64,000 nucleotides of DNA from Otoolea sp. GTDB lineage: Bacteria > Bacillota > Clostridia > Lachnospirales > Lachnospiraceae. Positions 35,738 to 45,704 of the stretch are shown here, one piece after another. The DNA is taken from assembly GCA_050875065.1 (NCBI GenBank), contig JBNMLY010000002.1, forward strand, positions 2,529 through 66,528. The letters are read 5' to 3'. A program made the position numbers and the translations under genes. The first letter of the stretch is position 1; each line of letters begins with the position of its first letter. The notes below the pieces were generated by a model, which saw only the letters and a list, made by a program, of their open reading frames with translations, was not told the origin of the DNA and made no database searches.

Positions 35738-37057
35738 TTACCGGGCACGCAGCGGCACCGCAAACGGAATCTCCGTATATCCGTCGCGCCCTTTCCGCAT
35801 CACGCTCACTGATACCGATGCACCGCTGGCGGAGTTTTCAATCTGCGCCTGGAGTTCTTTAAAACTTCCGATCTCCTTTGTGCCAAATTTCACAATAATA
35901 TCGCCGTTCTGGATGCCGGCATCATACGCCGGACTGCCGGAGACGGCCTCCGTCACATATACGCCCGCCGGAATGCCGCCCTCCTGCATCGCACGGCTCA
36001 CATCCTGTCCCCGGATGCCCAGATAAGCTGCCGGAACTCCATTCGTCAGCCGTTCCAAAATCGGCTTATAGCTGGAAATAGTATACGCCGCCGTCCGATC
36101 CGTGCAGCTCTCGCTGCGGCAGGTCTCCGACGTCCAGCCGACCATCTCCCCGGCCGTATTGATTAAAAATGTACCCGTCTGCGAATTGCTGCCGATGTCT
36201 GCATACAGAATCCGCGTCAGACCATCCGTGATCTGCACATTGCGCGCCACGTACGATACAGTGCCGAACGAAAGCGAATGCACCTGTCCGGACGGACCTC
36301 CGATGCCGATCAGGACATCGCCCGCCTTGACCGTATACGAATTGGCAAGCGAAAGCACCTGCACATCCTTTCGAACCTCCTCCGGCAGATCGCCTGACGC
36401 CACCGCCACGACTGCCATGCCGAGCACCTCGTCGATCTGACGCACCGTACCACCAATCTTCGCTCCATCTGAAAATGCCACGTAGATCGAATCTGCCGCC
36501 CGCACCGCATCAGCGTAGGTAAAAATCAAAAACTCTCCGCCATTTTCCGCAATGACCACACCGGCATAATCACCCGTATTTTCCACCGGATTTCCAAATA
36601 TATCTGTCTCCTGTTTGCCGGAGCTGACCGTCACGACCGATTTGTCGCCCTGTTCCCCGATTCCGCGCAGCACCGACGTCATCGAATTGAAATTGTCCAC
36701 GGAAAACTGATAGCCGGAAAGCGCCTCGCCGACCGCCTCATCAATCTCCTGCTCCATCTGTTCCGGCTGCGCCGTCATATCTGCCTCCGCGCCGTCCGAC
36801 GGCGAAATGGAGTCCGGATCGTCCTTGGAGAACTCCACCGAAGCAGTCTCCTGTGTCCCATTTTCCTGGAAACAGCGATCCGCCAACGGCTTCACCGCCG
36901 CAAACGAAACCGCCGCGATCCCTCCAAATGCGGCTGACGCGCATACAAAGAGAGCCACCCGCTTCGCAATCTGCTTTCTGGTCAGCGGCGGCTTCACTAT
37001 CGTTTCTCTCATGAATTCCCGTTTTTCCTTTTTTTCAAGTTCTTCCGAATCCGGCAT
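35738..37057 (-). CDS. S1C/HtrA-like membrane protein with PDZ domain, catalytic motifs degenerate
   Basis: N-terminal TM, trypsin-like layout, YLGI.G..V, GVYV, GSPA..AGI..GDII PDZ; lacks the TNxH and GNSGG motifs. Confidence 0.8.
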   Translation of the reverse strand: MPDSEELEKKEKREFMRETIVKPPLTRKQIAKRVALFVCASAAFGGIAAVSFAAVKPLADRCFQENGTQETASVEFSKDDPDSISPSDGAEADMTAQPEQMEQEIDEAVGEALSGYQFSVDNFNSMTSVLRGIGEQGDKSVVTVSSGKQETDIFGNPVENTGDYAGVVIAENGGEFLIFTYADAVRAADSIYVAFSDGAKIGGTVRQIDEVLGMAVVAVASGDLPEEVRKDVQVLSLANSYTVKAGDVLIGIGGPSGQVHSLSFGTVSYVARNVQITDGLTRILYADIGSNSQTGTFLINTAGEMVGWTSETCRSESCTDRTAAYTISSYKPILERLTNGVPAAYLGIRGQDVSRAMQEGGIPAGVYVTEAVSGSPAYDAGIQNGDIIVKFGTKEIGSFKELQAQIENSASGASVSVSVMRKGRDGYTEIPFAVPLRAR

Positions 37058-37154
37058 TTCACTTTCCCCTTTGCATAACATATCCTAATTATACTTTCCT
37101 TCTTGATGTTATGCAAGAAAAAAGTGCGAATGCTTGGCTAGACGGCGGGGAATG

Positions 37155-37311
37155 TGATATAATGTGAACACTTGACGAGGTCTTTTCGAGTCTAGTGAGA
37201 ACTTATACCTGACCACTTAACGAGGTCTTTCACGAGTTTAGTGATCATGGTATAATATGAGCACTTAGCGAGGTCTTTTCGAGCCTAGTGCAATCTTACC
37301 TGAGCACTTAT
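37155..37311 (+). repeat. Modular hairpin repeat, copy 4 (three A-type units, two TGnTATAAT motifs) upstream of mutS2
   Basis: CACTT-NNN-GAGGTCTTT..CGA-NNN-TAGTG three times. Confidence 0.85.
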
Positions 37312-37348
37312 CTTAACCACAATTAATATATAAGAGGATTACCACAAC

Positions 37349-39754
37349 ATGAATGAAAAAGCATTAAAAACTCTCGAATATACAAAGATCATCGACCAGC
37401 TCACGGAGTACGCCTCCACGGAGATGGGAAAACAGATGTGCCGCGAACTGCAGCCGTCCTGTGATCTGACGACGATCCGGCAAAGCCAGACGGAGACAAC
37501 CGATGCCCTGACACGCGTCCGCATGAAGGGCAGTCTGGCCTTTGGCGGTGTGAAGGATGTGCGCGGTTCCATGAAACGCTTAGAGATCGGCAGTTCCCTG
37601 GGGATCCCGGAGCTTCTCGCCGTCAGCTCCTTATTAACCGTTGCCGCCCGCGCGCAAAGCTACGGACGCCATGAGAAATCCGAAGAATTTCCGGATGATT
37701 CCCTCGATGCACGGTTCCGCGCCCTCGACCCGCTGACGCCGGTCAACAATGAGATCAAACGCTGTCTGCCATCTGAGGATGAGGTCAGCGATGATGCCAG
37801 TCCGGGACTTGCCAAGGTGCGCCGTTCCATGAAGATCGTGGGCGGACGCGTCCACACCCAGTTAAATTCTATTTTAAACTCCAGCCGGACCTATTTGCAG
37901 GACGCTGTCATCACAATGCGCGACGGCCGCTACTGCCTGCCGGTCAAGGCGGAATATAAATCCCAGGTTCCAGGCATGGTGCACGACCAGTCCTCGACCG
38001 GTTCAACCGTATTTATCGAACCGCTCGCGATCGTCAAGCTGAACAACGAGCTGCGCGAACTGGAAATTCAGGAAAAACGGGAAATTGAGTTTGTTCTGGC
38101 GGCTCTTTCCAGCCAGCTCATGCCTTACACCGACACGATTCTCTCGGATCTGGCGATTCTGGCCGAGCTCGATTTCATTTTCGCAAAGGCGGCGCTTTCC
38201 CGCCACTACAACTGCGTGGAACCGAAATTTAACAATAAACGGTACATCAATATTAAGGATGGCCGCCACCCGCTCTTAAACCCGAAACAGGTTGTCCCGA
38301 TCAATATCTGGGTCGGTGATTCCTTTGATCTGCTGATTGTGACGGGTCCAAACACCGGTGGTAAAACCGTTTCCTTAAAAACGGTCGGACTCTTCACCCT
38401 GATGGGACAGGCGGGACTTCATATCCCGGCATTTGAGGGTTCCGAGCTGGCCGTCTTTGACAATGTCTTTGCCGACATCGGCGACGAGCAGAGTATCGAG
38501 CAGAACCTGAGTACGTTCTCCGCCCACATGACGAACATCGTTTCCATTTTAAATGAGGCGGACGCCAATTCGCTCTGTCTCTTCGATGAGCTCTGTTCCG
38601 GTACCGACCCGACCGAGGGCGCGGCGCTGGCGATTGCGGTCTTAAACTTCCTGCACAACATGACCTGCCGGACGATCGCAACCACACATTACAGTGAGTT
38701 AAAGGTCTTTGCACTGACCGCACCGGGCGTTGAAAATGCCTGCTGCGAGTTCAATGTCGAGACACTCCGCCCGACCTACCGCCTGCTCATCGGTATCCCG
38801 GGAAAAAGTAATGCATTTGCCATTTCCCGCAAGCTGGGGCTGCCGGATTACATCATCGACGAGGCGAAAAACCAGATGGAGAAAAAGGACGAATCCTTTG
38901 AGGATCTGCTCGCCAATCTGGAAAACAGCCGCGTAACCATCGAAAAAGAGCGCGAGGAAATTGCTTCCTATAAACAGGAGATCGAAACCCTGAAAAACCG
39001 CCTCCAGCAGAAGGAGGAACGTTTCTCCGAGCAGAAGGAAAAAATGCTTTCCAAAGCCCGCGAGGATGCACAGAAGATCCTCCAGGATGCAAAGGACACC
39101 GCCGATCAGACGATCCGCAACATCAACAAGCTTGCCAAGTCTTCCGGCGTGAACAAGGAACTGGAAGCGGAACGTACCAAGCTGCGCGGCAAGATCCAGG
39201 ATGTAGACAAGAAACTTTCCGTTAAAAAGACCGCCGCACCGAAAAAAGCCGTTTCCGCGAAAAAACTGCGTCTTGGCGATACGGTGCGCGTCCTCTCGAT
39301 GAATTTAAAAGGAACGGTCAGCTCCCTGCCAAATGCCAAGGGCGATCTGTATGTACAGATGGGAATCTTACGTTCCCTCGTCAATATCCGCGATCTGGAA
39401 ATGGTCGAGGAGGCGTCCATCACCGGACCGGGACTTTCCGGCACCCATACGGGCGGTTCCCGCGGTTCCGGAAGCGGAAGCAGCAAGATCAAGATGTCCA
39501 AGTCCTTCAGCGTATCGCCGGAGGTCAACCTGATTGGCATGACCGTCGATGAGGCGATCCCGGTGCTCGACAAATATCTGGACGACGCCTACCTGGCACA
39601 TCTTCCGCAGGTCCGCGTCGTACACGGCCGCGGAACCGGCGCTTTGAAAGCAGGCGTACACCGCCATTTGAAGAAATTAAGCTATGTCAAAGACTACCGG
39701 CTTGGCGAATTTGGCGAAGGCGACACGGGCGTAACGATCGTAACCTTTAAATAA
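37349..39754 (+). CDS. mutS2: Endonuclease MutS2
   Basis: TGPNTGGKT, DIGDEQSIEQ.LSTFS, DE..SGTDP.EG, C-terminal Smr HG.GTG.L. Confidence 0.97.
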   Translation: MNEKALKTLEYTKIIDQLTEYASTEMGKQMCRELQPSCDLTTIRQSQTETTDALTRVRMKGSLAFGGVKDVRGSMKRLEIGSSLGIPELLAVSSLLTVAARAQSYGRHEKSEEFPDDSLDARFRALDPLTPVNNEIKRCLPSEDEVSDDASPGLAKVRRSMKIVGGRVHTQLNSILNSSRTYLQDAVITMRDGRYCLPVKAEYKSQVPGMVHDQSSTGSTVFIEPLAIVKLNNELRELEIQEKREIEFVLAALSSQLMPYTDTILSDLAILAELDFIFAKAALSRHYNCVEPKFNNKRYINIKDGRHPLLNPKQVVPINIWVGDSFDLLIVTGPNTGGKTVSLKTVGLFTLMGQAGLHIPAFEGSELAVFDNVFADIGDEQSIEQNLSTFSAHMTNIVSILNEADANSLCLFDELCSGTDPTEGAALAIAVLNFLHNMTCRTIATTHYSELKVFALTAPGVENACCEFNVETLRPTYRLLIGIPGKSNAFAISRKLGLPDYIIDEAKNQMEKKDESFEDLLANLENSRVTIEKEREEIASYKQEIETLKNRLQQKEERFSEQKEKMLSKAREDAQKILQDAKDTADQTIRNINKLAKSSGVNKELEAERTKLRGKIQDVDKKLSVKKTAAPKKAVSAKKLRLGDTVRVLSMNLKGTVSSLPNAKGDLYVQMGILRSLVNIRDLEMVEEASITGPGLSGTHTGGSRGSGSGSSKIKMSKSFSVSPEVNLIGMTVDEAIPVLDKYLDDAYLAHLPQVRVVHGRGTGALKAGVHRHLKKLSYVKDYRLGEFGEGDTGVTIVTFK

Positions 39755-39858
39755 GCAATCATACCAGACACAAATGGCCAGACTCCCGGTGCCGGTCTGC
39801 GCACAGCGGGGCATCTGACCTCATACTTGACTTACTTGAAAAAACAGGAGGAATCAAC

Positions 39859-40572
39859 ATGGCTGAAAAGCAGCGCATTCTCATCGTAGATGACGACTAC
39901 AACATTGCTGAACTAATCTCACTTTACCTAACGAAAGAATGTTTTGAAACCAAAATTGTCGGAGACGGGGAAGAAGCTCTCCGGGTATTTCCCGAATTTC
40001 AGCCCAACCTGATTCTCCTGGATCTGATGCTTCCGGGCATCGACGGCTATCAGGTCTGTCGCGAGCTTCGCAGCACCTCCCAGGTGCCGATCATCATGCT
40101 CTCTGCCAAGGGCGAGATCTTTGACAAGGTTCTGGGACTGGAGCTGGGCGCCGACGACTATATGATCAAACCGTTCGATTCGAAAGAACTGGTTGCCAGA
40201 GTCAAAGCCGTTCTTCGCCGCTACCAGGCCCCGGTACAACCCCCGGCATCGTCCGCCACCGAACAGCACGGAAACTTCGTCGAGTACCCGGATCTCATCG
40301 TCAACCTGACAAATTATTCCGTTATTTACAACGGCCACTCGATCGAACTGCCGCCGAAGGAACTGGAACTGCTCTATTTCCTCGCTTCTTCACCGAACCA
40401 GGTATTTACCAGAGAGCAGCTTCTCGACCATATCTGGGGCTATGAGTACATCGGCGATACGCGGACGGTAGACGTCCATATCAAGCGGCTCCGTGAGAAA
40501 ATCAAGGGAAATGACAAGTGGGCGCTGACGACCGTCTGGGGGATCGGTTATAAATTTGAAGTGAAACGATAA
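39859..40572 (+). CDS. OmpR-family response regulator
   Basis: IVDDD, LDLMLPG.DG, GADDY..KPF, RTVDVHIKRLR, WGIGY. Confidence 0.96.
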   Translation: MAEKQRILIVDDDYNIAELISLYLTKECFETKIVGDGEEALRVFPEFQPNLILLDLMLPGIDGYQVCRELRSTSQVPIIMLSAKGEIFDKVLGLELGADDYMIKPFDSKELVARVKAVLRRYQAPVQPPASSATEQHGNFVEYPDLIVNLTNYSVIYNGHSIELPPKELELLYFLASSPNQVFTREQLLDHIWGYEYIGDTRTVDVHIKRLREKIKGNDKWALTTVWGIGYKFEVKR

Positions 40573-40625
40573 CTGTTAGTGAATGAAATGAACGGTTATG
40601 TGAAACGATAGTACAGAGGTTTACC

Positions 40626-42044
40626 ATGAAATCAAACCACTACACACATTCTCTTTATTATAAACTGCTGATCGGCTATCTCATATTCGGCCTGCTCGGT
40701 TTCATCACGATCGCGACCTTTTCCTCCGAGATGACCTACCGCCACCTCGTGAGACACGAATCTGAGTCCCTGTACGACGAGGCAACGATGATTGCCGATC
40801 GGTGCAGCAAGGCCTACGAGGGCAAAACCATCAACCTCGACTCGGCATACCCGCAGCTCGAGGCCGTCTCCGCCTATCTGCAGTCAGATATCTGGATCCT
40901 GAACCATGAGGGAACCATCGTTGCGGACAGCAGCGGCAAGCGCACCGGCATCACGATCGACGATTTTGACCCGACCGCACAGGGAAACCGGCTTTATTCC
41001 ATCGGGCAGTATTACAATCTCTTTGACAGCAAAGTGCTTTCTGTCTCTGCCCCGATCACGGGCAATATGAAAACCTACGGTTATATTGTCATTCATATGC
41101 CAATCCAGCTCATTGAGGCGGAACAAAATGGATTTTTGAATATTGTTTACATAACATCCATCATCCTGTTTTTCCTCTCCCTTGTGGTACTGCTGGTATT
41201 TACAAAAGTTGTCTATCTGCCACTCAAGAAAATTACGGTTGCCGCCAATGAGTATGCCGCCGGAAATCTGGCACACAATATCCAGATCAGCACCCGTGAC
41301 GAGATCGGCTATCTCGCCAGCACCTTAAACTATATGTCCAATGAGTTAAATGAGATGGAACAGTATCAGCACAATTTTATCGCGAACGTCTCCCACGACT
41401 TCCGCTCGCCGCTGACCTCCATCAAGGGCTATCTTGAGGCAATTCTTGACGGCACGATCCCGCAGGAGCTCTATCATAAGTACCTGCACATCGTCATTTC
41501 CGAGACTGAACGCCTCAACAAACTGACCCAGGGCATGCTGACGCTCAACTCTTTAGACAGCAAGGGCTACTTGACCCGTACTAATTTTGATATCAACCGG
41601 ACCATCAAGGATACCGCCGCGACCTTCGAGGGCACATGCAGTGCAAAGGGCATCACATTTGACCTGACGTTCGCGGACAATATCCAGATGGTCTATGCGG
41701 ATCTCGGGAAAATCCAGCAGGTTCTCTACAACCTGATCGACAACGCGATCAAATTCAGCCATGAGGACTCGGTCATCTACATCCAGACGTCCATCCGGTA
41801 TGAGAAAATCTTTATTTCCATCAAAGATACCGGCATCGGCATCCCGAAAGACAGCCAGAAGAAGATCTTTGAGCGCTTCTACAAATCTGACTTATCGCGC
41901 GGAAAAGATAAAAAGGGCACCGGACTGGGGCTTGCAATCGTCAAAGAAATCATCCAGGCACATGGGGAAAATATCGACATTGTCAGTACCGAAGGGGTGG
42001 GGACGGAATTTATTTTCAGTCTGCCGAAGGCGACGACGCTATAA
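40626..42044 (+). CDS. HAMP-domain sensor histidine kinase
   Basis: Two TMs, DEIG.L, SHDFRSPLT, NL.DNA.KF, DTG.GI, GTGLGL. Confidence 0.95.
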   Translation: MKSNHYTHSLYYKLLIGYLIFGLLGFITIATFSSEMTYRHLVRHESESLYDEATMIADRCSKAYEGKTINLDSAYPQLEAVSAYLQSDIWILNHEGTIVADSSGKRTGITIDDFDPTAQGNRLYSIGQYYNLFDSKVLSVSAPITGNMKTYGYIVIHMPIQLIEAEQNGFLNIVYITSIILFFLSLVVLLVFTKVVYLPLKKITVAANEYAAGNLAHNIQISTRDEIGYLASTLNYMSNELNEMEQYQHNFIANVSHDFRSPLTSIKGYLEAILDGTIPQELYHKYLHIVISETERLNKLTQGMLTLNSLDSKGYLTRTNFDINRTIKDTAATFEGTCSAKGITFDLTFADNIQMVYADLGKIQQVLYNLIDNAIKFSHEDSVIYIQTSIRYEKIFISIKDTGIGIPKDSQKKIFERFYKSDLSRGKDKKGTGLGLAIVKEIIQAHGENIDIVSTEGVGTEFIFSLPKATTL

Positions 42045-42117
42045 AATTTACTGAATAAACACTTCCATTTTTCTAGCATTTTCTCCACTGCAGCAAAAAA
42101 CAGCACTTTCAAACTAT

Positions 42118-42174
42118 AAAAAGGCTGTATCATCCACCGCACACTTCCATGCGGCAGGCAATACAGCCTTTTTC
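42118..42174. terminator. Bidirectional terminator between the kinase and glyA
   Basis: AAAAGGCTGTAT...ATACAGCCTTTTT. Confidence 0.75.
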
Positions 42175-42251
42175 TTATTTTATATGCACGTTAATTTTCC
42201 GGCCGTTTTCTAAATCTGTCAGCTGACAAATTTTTTGTTCTATCTTCTTCC

Positions 42252-43499
42252 CTACTGATACAGCGGATACTTCTCACACAGCTTCGTTACTTCCGCACGG
42301 ATGTAATCCGCCTTGTTCTCGAAGTCGGTAGCTGCCAGCCAGATGCACTCTGCGATGACTTCCATGTCTTCTTCCTTCAGGCCACGGGTGGTAACAGCCG
42401 GAGTACCGATGCGGACACCGGAGGTAACGAACGGGCTTCTCGGATCGTTCGGAACGGTGTTCTTGTTCAGGGTGATGTATACCTCATCACAACGATTCTG
42501 CAGCTCTTTACCGGAAATATCCATGCCGCGCAGATCGACTAACATCAGGTGGTTGTCGGTTCCGCCGGTCAGAATCTTGAATCCCTGCTTCTGAAGTGCG
42601 GCTGCCAGAGCGGCTGCATTCTTCTTAACCTGAAGCTGATACTCTTTAAATTCCGGTTTCAGCGCCTCGCCGAAGCAGACAGCCTTGCCTGCGATGATGT
42701 GCTCTAACGGGCCCCCCTGGGTTCCCGGGAAGATAGCCTTGTTGAAGTTGAACTTCTCAGCCGCTTCCTTGTTTGCCAGAATCAGGCCGCCTCTCGGTCC
42801 GCGCAGTGTCTTATGAGTGGTTGTCGTAACCACGTCTGCATACGGGATCGGGCTCTGATGAAGGCCAGCCGCTACCAGACCTGCGATATGAGCCATATCG
42901 ACCATCAGGTATGCGCCTACTTTGTCTGCGATTTCACGGAAACGTTTGAAATCAATCTCTCTTGCATAGGCACTTGCACCTGCAATGATCAGCTTCGGTT
43001 TTGCTTCCAGTGCAATGCGCTCTACCTCTTCGTAATCAATCACGCCATTGTCGTTGACACCATACGGTACAATGTTGAAATATAAACCGGAGAAATTGAC
43101 AGGGCTTCCGTGTGTCAGATGTCCGCCGTGATCCAGGTTCATACCCATAACGGTATCGCCCGGTTTCAGCATCGCGATAAAGACTGCCATATTGGCCTGT
43201 GCGCCGGAATGCGGCTGTACGTTTGCATAATCACATCCAAACAGCTTTTTCGCTCTCTCGATCGCGATGGATTCTACGACATCGACACACTGGCATCCGC
43301 CGTAGTAACGTTTTCCTGGATATCCTTCTGCATATTTGTTGGTTAATACCGAACCCATCGCCATCATAACCGGCTCCGATACGATATTCTCCGAAGCGAT
43401 CAGCTCCAGGTTTCTTCTCTGGCGGGCTGCCTCCGCTTCAATGGCTTCTCCCACTTCCGGATCCGCCTCTGTAATGAACTTCATTACCTCATCTACCAT
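42252..43499 (-). CDS. glyA: Serine hydroxymethyltransferase
   Basis: [37 protein letters not shown]. Confidence 0.98.
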   Translation of the reverse strand: MVDEVMKFITEADPEVGEAIEAEAARQRRNLELIASENIVSEPVMMAMGSVLTNKYAEGYPGKRYYGGCQCVDVVESIAIERAKKLFGCDYANVQPHSGAQANMAVFIAMLKPGDTVMGMNLDHGGHLTHGSPVNFSGLYFNIVPYGVNDNGVIDYEEVERIALEAKPKLIIAGASAYAREIDFKRFREIADKVGAYLMVDMAHIAGLVAAGLHQSPIPYADVVTTTTHKTLRGPRGGLILANKEAAEKFNFNKAIFPGTQGGPLEHIIAGKAVCFGEALKPEFKEYQLQVKKNAAALAAALQKQGFKILTGGTDNHLMLVDLRGMDISGKELQNRCDEVYITLNKNTVPNDPRSPFVTSGVRIGTPAVTTRGLKEEDMEVIAECIWLAATDFENKADYIRAEVTKLCEKYPLYQ

Positions 43500-43667
43500 G
43501 TCTGTTTCTCCTATTCTTCTTGTTTCTCTCTGTCATCCATACAAAATCATTACGTGAATTTTCACTATATAAATATAGGAATCGCACTTTTATCTCTCTG
43601 GATTTTTTATTTAAAAAAGCCTTTTTCAGGTCTCATTAAATACGCTCATTCTGTCACCAAATACCGC

Positions 43668-44816
43668 TTACGCCAGCAGCGCATCCGCCATCTGCTCCAT
43701 TGCCGGAATATCGCTCTCCTTGAACGCTCCGCGAACCGTAACGACCGGTTCAACCACCGCGATCTCCTTCATCGCATCCAGCATTCCCTTCATCGTGCGC
43801 GCTGCGGTCGGTGCCCAGGAGCCATTTTCAATCAGGGCAACGGTGCGTTTCTGATAATTCTTGCTCTGTAAGTGGTGCAGGAAATCTGCCATAACCGGCA
43901 TCACACCCGCGTCATAGGACGGTGCTGCCAGCACGATTTTTCCATACCGGAACGCATCTTCCAGCGCCTCCGCCATATCGTCGCGCGCCAGATCCGCGAT
44001 TGCCACCTTAGGGCATCCTTTTTTCTCAAGGATTTCCTTTAACTTCTTCGCCGCATCCTCGGTGTTGCCGTGCAGGGACGCATACGCGATAAATACGCCC
44101 TCTGACTCGACGCCGTAGCTGCTCCAAATCTGGTACTTTTCAAGCACGTGTCCGATCGTCTCTTTCAGAACCGGACCATGCAACGGGCAGATAATCTGAA
44201 TGTCCAGACCGGCTGCTTTCTTAAGAAGTGCCTGCACCTGCATTCCGTATTTTCCTACGATATTGAAATAATACCGTCTAGCCTCGCAGTCCCAGTCCTC
44301 GTCCGCATCGAGCGCACCAAATTTGCCGAAACCGTCGGCGCTGAACAGCACCTTATCGCAGGAATCATAGCTTACCATAACCTCCGGCCAATGTACCATC
44401 GGCGCCATAACGAAAGTCAGCTCATGGCGTCCCAGGTTCAGGGTGTCGCCCTCCTTGACTGTCAGCGCACGGCTGGTATCAAGATCAAAGTACAGTTTCA
44501 GCATCGGAAATGTCTTTGCATTGCCTACCAGTGTGATCTCCGGGTATCGTTCTACGACTGCCTGAATACTTGACGCATGATCCGGCTCCATATGGCTGAT
44601 TACCAGGTAATCCGGGGTTCTTCCATCCAGTACGGTCTCCAGATTTGACAGAAATTCCGCCTGTTTGCGCTTGTCTACCGTATCCATGATCGCAATCTTT
44701 TCATCCATAATCACGTATGAATTATATGAAATACCGTTTGGCACCTGATACTGGCCTTCAAACAAGTCAATATCATGGTCATCTACACCGATGTAGCGAA
44801 TATCTTCTGTGATCAT
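43668..44816 (-). CDS. fprA: FprA family flavodiiron protein
   Basis: YNSY, HMEPDH, HWPE, SAD.FG, HGP, C-terminal flavodoxin domain. Confidence 0.93.
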   Translation of the reverse strand: MITEDIRYIGVDDHDIDLFEGQYQVPNGISYNSYVIMDEKIAIMDTVDKRKQAEFLSNLETVLDGRTPDYLVISHMEPDHASSIQAVVERYPEITLVGNAKTFPMLKLYFDLDTSRALTVKEGDTLNLGRHELTFVMAPMVHWPEVMVSYDSCDKVLFSADGFGKFGALDADEDWDCEARRYYFNIVGKYGMQVQALLKKAAGLDIQIICPLHGPVLKETIGHVLEKYQIWSSYGVESEGVFIAYASLHGNTEDAAKKLKEILEKKGCPKVAIADLARDDMAEALEDAFRYGKIVLAAPSYDAGVMPVMADFLHHLQSKNYQKRTVALIENGSWAPTAARTMKGMLDAMKEIAVVEPVVTVRGAFKESDIPAMEQMADALLA

Positions 44817-44948
44817 TTCCTGCTTCCTCCTGTTCTTTTCGCAGCCGTTCTATCTCTTTATGGCCACCTCTCCTTGTTCTCACAGGCATCCTGCGTTCTG
44901 CTGCCAGCCTGCCTTTGATTTCATCCATTATCAATGACGATGAATTAA

Positions 44949-45392
44949 TCAGTTCTTCTCCTCAATCGCCATAATCATATCCACGCGTCTCTGATGGCGT
45001 CCGCCCTCAAATTTTGCATTGATCCACTCTTCAACGATCATCTTTGCAAGCTCGCTTCCTACCACACGGGCGCCGAAACAGAGTACATTGGCATCGTTGT
45101 GGCGGCGGGACATCACGGCCGTGTACGGCTCGCTGCACACGCAGGCGCGCACGCCTTTTACCTTGTTGGCTGCCAGTGAAATGCCAAGACCGGTGCCGCA
45201 GATTGCGATACCCAGATCGGCCTCGCCGGAGACAACCGCACGGCCTACTTTTTCTCCATAAACCGGATAATCACAGCTCTCGGTGCTGTCTGTACCCAGG
45301 TTTAACACTTCGATTCCCTTTTCTTTCAGGAAATCCACAATAATGTTCTTCAGTTCTACCGCCGAATGGTCATTTCCAATCGCAATTTTCAT
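44949..45392 (-). CDS. rpiB: Ribose-5-phosphate isomerase B
   Basis: IG.DH, DYP, CGTGLG, ANK..G.R, HN.AN, FEGGRH.RR. Confidence 0.95.
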   Translation of the reverse strand: MKIAIGNDHSAVELKNIIVDFLKEKGIEVLNLGTDSTESCDYPVYGEKVGRAVVSGEADLGIAICGTGLGISLAANKVKGVRACVCSEPYTAVMSRRHNDANVLCFGARVVGSELAKMIVEEWINAKFEGGRHQRRVDMIMAIEEKN

Positions 45393-45612
45393 CTTATTTT
45401 CTCCTCATCTGACTGACTTCCGGAACAAAAGATATAATCCGGTCATTATGAAATCATTTTAGTCAAGTTGCCGGATAATGTCAAGACTGTGAAATCTCAA
45501 GACCTGTGTTTTCAGACTTCTTCTGCTCCCTGCTATTCTCACCTTCTTATCCCTTCTTCCGACAGCAAAAATCCATATTTTACAAGCAGTTTCCGTTTGA
45601 TCCGGAACACAC

Positions 45613-45660
45613 AAAAAGGGCACGGAGGAAGCTCGTTCGCACTCCTCCGTGCCCTATTGT
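45613..45660 (-). terminator. Terminator after clpB
   Basis: AGGGCACGGAGGA...TCCTCCGTGCCCT with A/T tracts. Confidence 0.8.
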
Positions 45661-45704
45661 TTCTTCTATATAATTGTTATAAATCTGCCCTCGGACGCGC
45701 TTAC

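Noticed and set aside
5359-37311. The modular repeats as a CRISPR array
   Set aside because: They are dispersed, have no unique spacers of regular length, and no cas genes are in the window.
40560-40611. GTGAAACGATA direct repeat around a small hairpin between the regulator and kinase genes
   Set aside because: It is short and single-instance, probably a local duplication of the gene end.
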